Source of the DNA: Squalus acanthias
Taxonomy: Eukaryota
DNA length: 64,000 bases
Direction of reading: 5' to 3'
Assembly: GCA_030390025.1 (NCBI GenBank)
Contig: CM059438.1
Coordinates: 56,484,001-56,548,000, forward strand
Under the pieces are notes generated by a model. It did no database searches. It was not told where the DNA came from and saw nothing but the letters and a program-made list of their open reading frames with translations. This document shows positions 1-9,853 of the stretch, one piece after another. The position numbers were made by a program, and so were the translations under genes. Each line of letters starts with the position of its first letter. The first letter of the stretch is position 1.

Positions 1-865
1 AGAATCTGCAAAGGGATATAGATAGGCTAAGTGAGTGGGCAAACATTTGGCAGATGGAGTATAATGTGGGAAAGTGCAAGTTTATCCACGTTGGCAGGAA
101 AAATAAAAAAGCAAATTATTATTTAAATGGAGAGAGATGACAAAATACTACAGTTCAGAGGGACCTGGGGGTCCTTGTGCATGAAACACAAAAAGTTAGC
201 ATGCAGGTACAGCAAGTAATCAAAAAGGCAAATGGAATGTTGGATTTTATTGCAAGGGGGTTGGAGTATAAAAGCAGGGAAGTCCTGCTACAACTGTACA
301 GGGTATTGGTGAGACCACACCTTGAGTACTGCGTACAGTTTTGGTCTCCTTATTTAAGGAGGGATATACTTGCATTGGAGGCAGTTCAGAGACGATTCAC
401 ACGGTTGATTCCTGGGATGAAGGGGTTGACTTATGAAGAAAGGTTGAGCAGGTTGGGCCTATACTCATTGGAATTTAGAAGAATGAGAGGTGATCTTATT
501 AAAACATATAAGATACTGAGGGGGCTCAACAAGGTAGGTGCAGAGAGGATGTTTCCCCTTGTGGGGAAATCTAGAACTCGGGGGCACAGTTTCAGAATAA
601 AGGGTCGCCCTTTTAGAACTGAGATGAGGAGGAATTTCTTCTCTCAGAGGGTCGTAAATCTGTGGAATTCTCTGCCCCAGAGAGCTGTGGAGGCTGGGTC
701 ATTAAATACATTTAAGGTGGAGATAGACAGATTTTTGAAACATAAGGGAATGAAGGGTTATGGGGAGCCCAAGATCAGCCATGATCTTATTGAATGGCGG
801 AGCAGGCTCGAGGGGCCAAGTGGCCTATTCCTGCTCCTATTTCTTATGTTTTTATGTTCTTATGT
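1..865 (+). mobile_element. CR1-clade LINE, 3' part (ORF2 C-terminus, 3'UTR, (TTCTTATG)n-type tail); runs off the left edge
   Basis: ORF 177..878 has CR1 ORF2 C-terminal motifs (LVRPHLEYCVQFWSPY, LYSLEFRRMRGDLI, RTRGH, FSQRVVNLWNSLP). Ends in CCTGCTCCTATTTCTTATGTTTTTATGTTCTTATGT. Confidence 0.95.
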
Positions 866-1455
866 AACTGGCCTGTAGTTCCCTGTTTTCTTACTCCCTC
901 CTTTCTTGAATAGCAGGGTTACATTTTTTACCTTTTAATCCACGGGGACCATTCTAGAATCTATGGAATTTTGGAAGATCACAACCAATGCATCCACTAT
1001 CTCCGCAGCCACCTCGTTTAGAACCCTAGGATGTAGGCCTCAGGTCCAGAGGATTTGTTGGCTTTTTGTCCCATTAGTTTCTCCAGTACTTTGTCTTTAC
1101 TAATATTAATTACTTTAAGTTCCTCACCCTCAATAGACCCTTGGTTCCCCACAATTTCCGGTATGTTCTTTGTGTCTTCTATTGTGAAGACAGACACAAA
1201 ATATTTGTTTAACATCTCTGCCATTTCCTTATTCCCCATTATAATTTCTCCTGTCTCTGCCTCTAAGGGATGTTTACTTTCGCCAATCTCTCCCTTTTTA
1301 CATACTTGTAAAATCTCTTACAATCTGTTTTTATATTTCTTGCTAGTTTACTCTCATATTCTATTTTTTCCCTCTTGATCAATTCCTTGGTCATCCTTTG
1401 CTGATTTTTTAAAACCCTCACAATCCTCAGACTTACTATTCTTTTTGGCAACATT
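866..1455 (-). mobile_element. Decayed CR1 LINE ORF2 fragment (tether/pre-RT region), antisense
   Basis: Minus-strand ORFs 1263..1454 (KIEYESKLARNIKTDCKRFY) and 1018..1239 (EMAEMLNKYFVSVFT) match the intact CR1 ORF2 at 29936-32526. The fragment is frameshifted and is cut at the GNYRPV codons by the tail of the + strand CR1. Confidence 0.9.
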
Positions 1456-2307
1456 GGCTCTGTTTAGCAGCAGCAATCTCTTTTCCCCAGTTAGCGAACA
1501 AGCCAAAAAAAACTGGAACTACTTTATTTCGTTGGCAGCAGTATATTAAAACTAAAATAGCCTTGCTCCCTAGTTGCTTCCTCAACATATTGTTCTCGAA
1601 TGTGTATTATATGATTAGGAGACACAGTCACAATTTCTACTGGAACTGACTCTGGTGGAACATCACTTACCCTTCAGGGCTCATCTGGTGTCCTCTCTGA
1701 TTCATCTTACTCTCTTTATGATGTCAGAGTAGCTTCCTCATGATATCATAAAACAATTCAACTGCATGTTTCAAAATTGCATTCAGTAATGGTCCAACTG
1801 GGCCCAACACCCAGGGATGGTCTCTCACCGGTCCTTTGGAAGCGTGGTTAGAGCTTTGCTAGGTTTTTATCTCCTGTATGTATCATACCCAACATTTCAT
1901 GTGTCCACCTTACTGCCGGGAGTGAATGGAATGGTAAGTAGACATTTTCCTGGAGAAAGGGAGATTTATCCACGAGCATTTCTTTATTAAAAAAAACTTG
2001 AGCATGTCTTTCTGTCATTGAGTGTAGGTGATATTATCAGGGTGTGGAGGGACAATGCATGGGAGATGTTTTAAACTCAACAGTGTGAAGTAGCTGGACA
2101 CAGCGGAAAATAATTTCATGTTCAATGTCTCTCCTTGATTTGTGCTGATGCCAGGTCTGGGCAGGAATTCCTCAATGATTCCACCCAGTATATAATTAAC
2201 TCAGGCTATTTATACAAAATACTAAAATCATCAACCTAAACTGCCGGATTTTTAAAAGGGGTCCTTTTTCCTCCAAGTTGTATGCGTGATTACCTGATGG
2301 TGATGTA

Positions 2308-3618
2308 TTAGTCCTCTGGTGCTTCAGTGGGAGATGTTTCCAAGTCCTCTGGTGCTTCAGTGGGAGATTCTTCCAAGTTCTCTGGTGGTTCAGTGGGAGA
2401 TGTTTCCAAGTTCTCTGGTGGTTCAGTGGGAGATGTTTCCAAGTCCTCTGGTGCTTCAGTGGGAGATTCTTCCAAGTTCTCTGGTGGTTCAGTGGGAGAT
2501 GTTTCCAAGTCCTCTGGTGCTTCAGTGGGAAATTCTTCCAAGTTCTCTGGTGGTTCAGTGGGAGATGTTTCCAAGTCCTCTGGTGCTTCAGTGGGAGATT
2601 CTTCCAAGTTCTCTGGTGGTTCAGGAGATGCTTCCAAGTTCTCTAGTGGTTCGGGAGATGCTTCCAAGTTCTCTGGTGGTTCGCGAGATGCTTCCAAGTT
2701 CTCTGGTGATTCAGGAGATGTTTCCAAGATCTCTGGTGCTTCAGTGGGAGATGTTTCCAAGTTCTCTGGTGGTTCAGTGGGAGATATTTCCAAATTCTCT
2801 GGTGGTTCAGTGGGAGATGTTTCCAAATTCTCTGGTGGTTGAGCGAGTGATGTGAGCAATGAATCTGTTCCCTGCTGGTCTTGTGGGCCCTGTACTGAAG
2901 CTCTAGCCTTACATGGGCAACAAGTCCCAGTCATCATCTCACACGGGCATTGTGGCTGAAATTCTTGTGGCGGGGACATCCTAGTCTCTGGGCAGACTAA
3001 TGATCCATTTGGCATCCCTCCCTGAGAAAGTCCTCCAGTTCCTCGGCTCTCCAGGCAATATCTCATTTGACCTGTCTCAGAATTGTCAGGGCCCTGAGGT
3101 GCTGATGTTCCTTGATTGCCCTGGGCAGTGCCTGTCTGGCTGCCTTGGCTATCCGGCTGAGCTCCCTGCGACTGATTGGCTGTTATGGCTTGGGCAGCTA
3201 ATGAAGGTCTTGTTCCAGTTCCTTGACGGGCTTGCAAGGCTTGATCCAGAGCTCGCTGCTCCGCTGGGGTTGGGATGTGTATTCCCACACATTCCAGTCC
3301 AGGTTGCACCATGGTCCTTGCTTGGTACTGAGCGAGCAGGCTTTGAAATTGTTGGCTGCCATGAGGGAAATATTTCTCTTTCAAAAAGTGGCGCCGAGAC
3401 GGGTGGAGGGGGGCTCTCCCGCGATAAGCGGGCTTGCGGGATATCAAATTGCCCGCCTCATGCGTCCCCACATTTGCCCGGATTACATTTAAGAAATGGC
3501 CATTGCTATCTACACTTACTTTTGGCCAGTGGGACCGGAACGGGATTGATGAGCCCATCATGTTCGCTGCAAGGACAGTGTCTTTATTCCCAAAGATCGC
3601 CTCAGCAACAAGCAGCAA
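2308..3618 (-). pseudogene. Candidate large exon of an unidentified gene or pseudogene encoding a Gln/Gly-rich then Pro/Glu/Thr/Ser-rich (mucin-stalk-like) region
   Basis: 436-codon open frame ending in (LETSPTEPPEN/LEESPTEAPED)n. Minus-strand splice-like signals nearby: AG|GTAATC donor at 2293, TCTCCCTTTCTCCAG acceptor at 1950, TCCTCTTGATGCAG acceptor at 3760. No recognisable homologue; coding status uncertain. Confidence 0.4.
2311..2841. repeat. 33-bp minisatellite with several 27-bp variant units
   Basis: Tandem TTCCAAGTTCTCTGGTGGTTCAGTGGGAGATGT-like units; unit lengths are multiples of 3. Confidence 0.95.
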
Positions 3619-3924
3619 GTTGAGGACTGCTGACTGGCAGTGGTGCCAATGCTGTTGTCATGGGCACTGTAAGCTGGTTGCTTAGTAACTGCTTGACACT
3701 GACAGTAAGAAAGGTGTTGTGCCCTGAGGCTCCTAAACATCCAACAATTAGCAACAGACCTGCATCAAGAGGATGAATACTAAGAAATACAATCTGTTCA
3801 CCCCAGAACCACATTATATACCTGGGTAAGTGACACTCTCAGACTGTGAATAGAAGCACTTCAACAGGATATAAAACAATAAACTATATAGTTACTCCTT
3901 TAACATTGAATTACTGCATCAAGG

Positions 3925-4004
3925 CTCCCTGACCTGCTGAGTATTCCCAGCATTTTCTGTTTATATTTCAGATTTCCAGCATCCGCAGTATTTTTCCATT
4001 TTCC
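3925..4004 (+). mobile_element. 80-bp 3' fragment of a Penelope-tail-type short repeat with 15-bp TSD
   Basis: CCTGACCTGCTGAGTATTCCCAGCATTTTCTGTTTATATTTCAGATTTCCAGCATCCGCAGTATTTT matches ~4834-4899. Flanked by ATTACTGCATCAAGG at 3910-3924 and 4005-4019. Confidence 0.75.
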
Positions 4005-4059
4005 ATTACTGCATCAAGGACCTATTGGGAACCACCACTCATCAGTCTTTAGCCTGTAT

Positions 4060-4625
4060 TCCACCCCAAATCCTCTCCATCACCTCAGCAACATCGCCCG
4101 TCTCCGCCCCAGCCTCAGACAGTGCACCTTGCACGCTCCATAAACTTCAGCTCATCCAAAGATCTGCGACCCATATCCTATCCTGCATGCAGGCAGTTCC
4201 CTTACAGTCTTGTCCTCGCTGACCTACATTGGCTCCCTCACCTGACGCCTCAAATTTCAAATTCCGATACTTGTATTTAAATCTTTTTATGGCCTTGCCC
4301 CTCCCTATCTCAGTAACCTCCTCCAGTCCAACCCCACTCTCCCAAGAACTCTGTGTTCCTTTGACTCTGGCCTCTTGTGCAAACCCCCTTTTGCTTCACT
4401 CCACGATTGGCAGCTGTGCCATCAGCCATCTAGGCCCTAAGTTCTGAAATTCCATCCCTAAACCTCTCCGCCTCTCTACCTCTCTCTCCTCCTTCTTAAA
4501 AGCCACTTCTTAAACCAAGCTTCTCGTCACTCCAAAGATCTCCTTCTTTGGCTTGCTGTTCATTTTACTTTGATGTTTCTGTGAAGTGCCTTGGGATATT
4601 ATTCTACATTAAAGGTGAACTATAT
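4060..4625 (+). mobile_element. Decayed L2-clade LINE 3' end
   Basis: Degenerate L2 ORF2 C-terminal motifs (KLQLIQ; GACCTACATTGGCTCCC = DLHWL) and an L2-like 3' end CTGTGAAGTGCCTTGGGA...ATTAAAGGTG..CTATAT. Boundaries approximate. Confidence 0.7.
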
Positions 4626-4674
4626 TTGGTCATAATGAGCTCTGCACTGATAAATGAATAGAGATGGAATGTTA

Positions 4675-4909
4675 AATAAAAACAGAAAATGATGGAGATA
4701 CTCAGCAGGCCAGGCAGCATCTGTGAAGAGAGAAACAGAGTTAACGTTTCAGGTCGATGACCTTTCGTCAGAACTTGAACCTTTCGTCATCGACCTGAAT
4801 CGTTGACTCTGTTTCCCTCTTCACAGATGCTGCCTGACCTGCTGAGTATCTCCAGCATTTTCTGTTTTTATTTCAGATTTCCAGCATCCGCAGTATTTTC
4901 TTTTTGTAT
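4675..4909. mobile_element. Palindromic Penelope-tail-type short element with hammerhead-like core and 16-bp TSD
   Basis: ~88-bp imperfect inverted arms (4674-4761 and 4786-4873). TSD TAGAGATGGAATGTTA at 4659-4674 and 4910-4925. Minus strand reads CTGACGA-A-AGGTC-ATC-GACCT-GAAA. Confidence 0.8.
4741..4775 (-). ncRNA. Minimal hammerhead-ribozyme-like motif (PLE type)
   Basis: CUGACGA core, perfect 5-bp stem II (AGGUC/GACCU), then GAAA followed by palindromic CGUUAAC. Confidence 0.6.
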
Positions 4910-5118
4910 TAGAGATGGAATGTTACTGGCTGCTGATACTGGCTACACTTCTAAAAGGGTTAAAAGAGTCTTACAATGAGTGTGTTCGAGAAAGTGTACA
5001 ATGAAAAGAGGGGTGTGAGTGCTGGGTGATGGGTACTCTGCCTCTCTCTCTCGATGCCTCAGTGCTGGGACATACGTTATCAGGTGGTTTGTTTTCAGAT
5101 GTTTCCTACTTCAGCTTG

Positions 5119-5186
5119 GAAACATTAGGAAGTGAGGTTGGCCATTCAGCCCATCGAGACATTCATTGAGACAAATGCTGATGTGT
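5119..5186 (-). mobile_element. Decayed antisense CR1 3'UTR remnant at the satellite boundary
   Basis: GGCCATTCAGCCCATCGAG...CATTCATTGAGACAAATGCTGATGTG resembles the reverse complement of the CR1 3' end in this window (GGCCAATCGGCCCCTCGAG...CATTCAATAAGATCATGGCTGATCTG). Confidence 0.55.
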
Positions 5187-5535
5187 AACATTCAGTGTGA
5201 ATATCTATTAGAGGCAGTGTGTATCATTCAGTGTGAATATCTATTAGAGGCAGTGTGTATCATTCAGTGTGTATATCTATTAGAGGCAGTGTGTACCATT
5301 CAGTGTGTATACAGATTAGAGGCAGTGTGTAACATTCAGTGTGTATATCTATTAGAGGCTGTGTGTACCATTCAATGAGTATACCTATTAGAGGCAGTGT
5401 GTACCATTCAGTGTGTATACCTATTAGAGGCAGTGTGTACCATTCAGTGTGTATACCTATTAGAGGCAGTGTGTAACATTCAGTGTGTATATCTATTAGA
5501 GGCTGTGTGTACCATTCAATGAGTATATCTATTAG

Positions 5536-5940
5536 CAACTCTCAAGAGACTTGAGCACAACAATCTAGGCTGACACTCCAGTGCAGTGCCGAGGGAGTGC
5601 GGCACCGTCGGAGGTACTGTCTTTCGATGAGACCTTAAACAGAGGGCCTGTCTGTCCTCTTAGGTGAACATAAAAGATACCACAGCACTATTTCGAAGAA
5701 GAGCAGGGGAGTTCTCCCCGGGGTCCTGACCAATATTTCTCCCTCAATCAATATCACTAAAACAGATTATCTGGTCATAATGACATTGCTGTTTGTGGGA
5801 GCTTGCTGTGCGCAGATTGGCTGCCGCGTTTTCTACATTACAACAGTGACTACACTTCAAAAGTAATTAATTGACTGTAAAGAGCTTTGGGACGTTCTCA
5901 GGTTGGGAAAGGCGCTATATAAATGCAAGTGTTTCTTTTC
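5536..5940 (+). mobile_element. Deu-domain SINE (SacSINE1/AmnSINE1-like), 5'-truncated
   Basis: Recognisable Deu core (GAGGGAGTGC..GTCGGAGG..CTTTCGATGAGAC..TAAAAGAT..GCACTATTTCGAAGAAGAGCAGGGGAGTTCTCCCC..GTTTGTGGGAGCTTGCTGTGCG) and tail AAAGGCGCTATATAAATGCAAGT. No tRNA-derived head seen. Confidence 0.85.
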
Positions 5941-6841
5941 TATTGTACCATTCAGTGTGTATATCTATTAGAGGCAGTGTGTATCATTCAGTGTGTATAT
6001 CTATTAGAGGCAGTGTGTACCATTCAGTGTGTATATCTATTAGAGGCAGTGTGTATCATTCAGTGTGTATATCTATTAGAGTCAGTGTGTACCATTCAGT
6101 GTGTATATCTATTAGAGGCAGTGTGTATCATTCAGTGTGTATATCTATTAGAGGCAGTGTGTATCATTCAGTGTGTATATCTATTAGAGGCAGTGTGTAC
6201 CATTCAGTGTGTATATCTATTAGAGGCAGTGTGTACCATTCAGTGTGTATATCTATTAGAGGCAGTGTGTATCATTCAGTGTGTATATCTATTAGAGGCA
6301 GTGTGTACCATTCAGTGTGTATATCTATTAGAGGCAGTGTGTACCATTCAGTGTGTATATCTATTAGAGGCAGTGTGTACCATTAAGTGTGTATATCGAT
6401 TAGAGGCTGTGTGTATCATTCAGTGTGTATATCTGTTAGAGGCAGTGTGTATCATTCACTGTGTATATCTATTAGAGGCAGTGTGTACCATTCAGTGTGA
6501 ATATCTGTTAGAGGCAGTGTGTACCATTCAGTGTGTATATCTATTAGAGGCAGTGTGTACCATTCAGTGTGAATATCTGTTAGAGGCAGTGTGTACCATT
6601 CAGTGTGTATATCTATTAGAGGCAGTGTGTACCATTCAGTGTGTATATCTATTAGAGGCAGTGTGTACCATTCAATGAGTATACCTATTAGAGGCAGTGT
6701 GTACCATTCAATGAGTATACCTATTAGAGGCAGTGTGTACCATTCAGTGTGTATACCTATTAGAGGCAGTGTGTACCATTCAAAGAATATACCTATTAGA
6801 GGCAGTGTGTACCATTCAGTGTGTATATCTATTATACACAC

Positions 6842-8530
6842 TGAGGGAAGTGGCGGTAGGGATTGTGGATACATTGGTAATAATTTTCCAAAACTCCCTG
6901 GACTCAGCAAAGATCCCGGCAGACTGGAAAACTGCTAATGTAACACCCTTATTTAAAAAGGGCAGTAGAGAGAAGGCTGGAAACTATAGACCGGTTAGGC
7001 TAACATCTGTGGTAGGTAAAATTTTGGAGTCCATTATTAAGAAGACAGTAACGGGACATTTGGATAATCATAATTTAATAGGACAAAGTCAGCATGGTTT
7101 TATGAAGGGGAAGTCATGTTTGACAAATTTGCTGGAGTTCTTTGAGGAAGTAACATACAGGGTGGATAAAGGGGAACCAGTGGATGTGGTGTATTTAGAC
7201 TTCCAAAAGGCATTTGACAAGGTGCCACACAAAAAATTATTGCTTAAGATAAAAAATCACGGAATTGGGGGTAATATTCTGGCATGGATAGAGGATTGGC
7301 TATCTAACAGAAGGCAGAGAGTTGGGATAAATGGTTCATTCTCAGACTGGCAATCAGTAACTAGTGGTGTTCCGCAGGGGTCAGTGCTGGGACCCCAACT
7401 CTTTACAATCTATATTAACGATTTGGAGGAGGGGACCGAGTGTAACATATCAAAGTTTGCAGATGATACTAAGATGGGAGGGAAAGTAGTGAGTGAGGAG
7501 GACATAAAAAATCTGCAAGGGGACATAGACAGGCTAAGTAAGTGGGCAGAGATTTGGCAGATGGAATACAATACTGGAAAGTGTGAGGTTATGCACTTTG
7601 GCAGGAAAAATAGTAGAGCAAGTTATTATCTTAATGGCAAGAAACTGGAAAGTACTGAAGTACAAAGGGATCTGGGGGTCCTGGTGCAAGAAACTCAAAA
7701 GGTTAGTATGCAGGTGCAGCAAGTGATCAAGAAGGCCAATGGAATGTTGGCTTTCATTGCTAGGGGGATAGAATATAAAAATAGGGAGGTATTGCTTCAG
7801 TTGTACAAGGTATTGGTGAGACCGCACCTGGAATACTGCATACAGTTTTGGTGTCCATACTTAAGAAAAGACATACTTGCTCTCGAGTCAGCACAAAGAA
7901 GGTTCACTTGGTTAATCCCGGGGATGAGGGGATGGACATATGAGGAGAGGTTGGGTAGATTGGGACTCTACTCATTGGAGTTCAGAAGAATGAGAGGCGA
8001 TCTTATTGAAACATATAAGATTGTGAAGGGGTCGGATCGGGTGGATGTGGGGAGGATGTTCCCGATGATGGGTGAAACTAGAACTAGGGGGCATAGTCTT
8101 AGAATAAGGGGCTGCTCTTTCAAAACTGAGATGAGAAGGAACTACTTCACTCAGAGGGTGGTAGGTCCATGGAATATGCTGCCCCAAAAAGCTGTAGAAG
8201 CTACATCATTACATAAATTTAAAACAGGAATAGACAGTTTCCTATAAGTAAAGGGAATTAAGGGTTACGGGGAGCGGGCAAGAATTTGGACATGAGTCTA
8301 GGTTCGGATCGGTCATGGCCCTGTGGGTAGCATAGCGGGCCCAGGGGCCGTGTAGCCTGATCCTGCTCCTATTTCGTGTGTCCAATTCTATTAGGTTCAG
8401 GAGATGGTTCTGTGATAGTAGATTGGCGGTTAGGATCAGATCAGCCATGATCTTATTGAATGGCGGAGCAGGCTCGAGGGGCCAATTGGCCTACTCCTGC
8501 TCCTATTTCTTATGTTCTTATGTTCTTATG
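6842..8530 (+). mobile_element. 5'-truncated CR1 LINE (RT domain to tail) inserted in the satellite
   Basis: RT motifs YLDFQKAFD, GVPQGSVLGP, KFADD. Premature TAA at 8245-8247 (GAA in sister copies). (TTCTTATG)3 tail. TSD ~TGTATATCTATTA at 6822-6834 and 8531-8543. Confidence 0.95.
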
Positions 8531-9600
8531 TGTATATCTATTAGAGGCAGTGTGTATCATTCGGTGTGAATATCTATTAGAGGCAGTGTGTATCATTCAG
8601 TGTGTATGTCTATTAGAGGCAGTGTGTATCATTTGGTGTGTATATCTATTAGAGGCAGTGTGTATGATTCGGTGTGTATATCTATTAGAGGCAGTGTGTA
8701 TCATTCAGTGTGTATATCTATTAGAGGCAGTGTGTATGATTCGGTGTGTATATCTATTAGAGGCAGTGTGTACCATTCAGTGTATATATCTATTAGAGGC
8801 ACTGTGTATGATTCGGTGTGTATATCTATTAGAGGCAGTGTGTACCATTCAGTGTATATATCTATTAGAGGCAGTGTGTATCATTGAAGGCGTATATCTA
8901 TCAGAGGCAGTGTGTATCATTGAGTGTGTATATCTATTAGAGGCAGTGTGTACCATTCAGTGTGTATATCTATTAGAGGCAGTGTGTACCATTCAGTGTG
9001 TATATCTATTATAGGCAGTGTGTGTCATTCAGTGTGTACATCTATTAGAGGCAGTGTGTACCATTCAGTGTGTATATCTATTAGAGGCAGTGTGTACCAT
9101 TCACTGTGTATATCTAATAGAGGCAGTGTGTATCATTGAGTGTGTATATCTATTACAGGCAGTGCGTACCATTCACTGCGTATATCTATTAGAGGCAGTG
9201 TGTACCATTCACTGTTTATGTCTATTACAGCCAGTGTGTATCATTGAGTGTGTATATCTATTAGAGGCAGTGTTTACCATTCAGTGTGTATATTTATTAG
9301 AGGCACTGTGTATCATTCAGTGTGTATACCTATTAGAGCCAGTGTGTATCATTGAGTGTGTATATCTATTACACGCAGTGTGTACCATTCACTGTGTATA
9401 TCTATTAGAGGCAGTGTGTATCATTGAGTGTATATATCTATTAGTGGCAGTGTGTACCATTCACTGTGTATATCTATTAGAGGCAGTGTGTATCATTCAG
9501 TGTGTATATCTATTAGAGGCAGTGTGTACCATTCACTGTGTATATCTAATAGAAGTCGCACAACACCAGGTTATAGTCCAACAGATTTATTTAATTTTAC

Positions 9601-9635
9601 AAGCTTTCGAACCAGTTCGCTCCTTCGTCAGGTAA
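9601..9635 (-). ncRNA. Hammerhead-ribozyme-like motif in the PLE 3' end
   Basis: Minus strand CTGACGA-AG-GAGC-GAACTG-GTTC-GAAA-GCTT, followed by AATAAA; typical location for PLE minimal hammerheads. Confidence 0.5.
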
Positions 9636-9853
9636 GTTAGCAATGAGAGATTCTCCCAGAATTCACAATTTAAACCCAGACAAAATCTATTCACATTATT
9701 CCCTACAACAAAGAGCACAGCCAAGACAATGAGATGTGTCCCAGGGGGTCCAACGTGTCAAACCACCTGCTGGCTGCATATCCTGTCAATTTGTGTTCTT
9801 GTGTTAGTCTTTTTTTTTTTAAAACACCTGGGAAGACCGGCCATGATGTCAAG

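Noticed and set aside
2319..2855. Plus-strand repeat ORFs (QWEMFPSSLVV, GDVSKFSGGSV)
   Set aside because: Shadow frames of the 33-bp repeat, confined to it; splice-like signals favour the minus strand.
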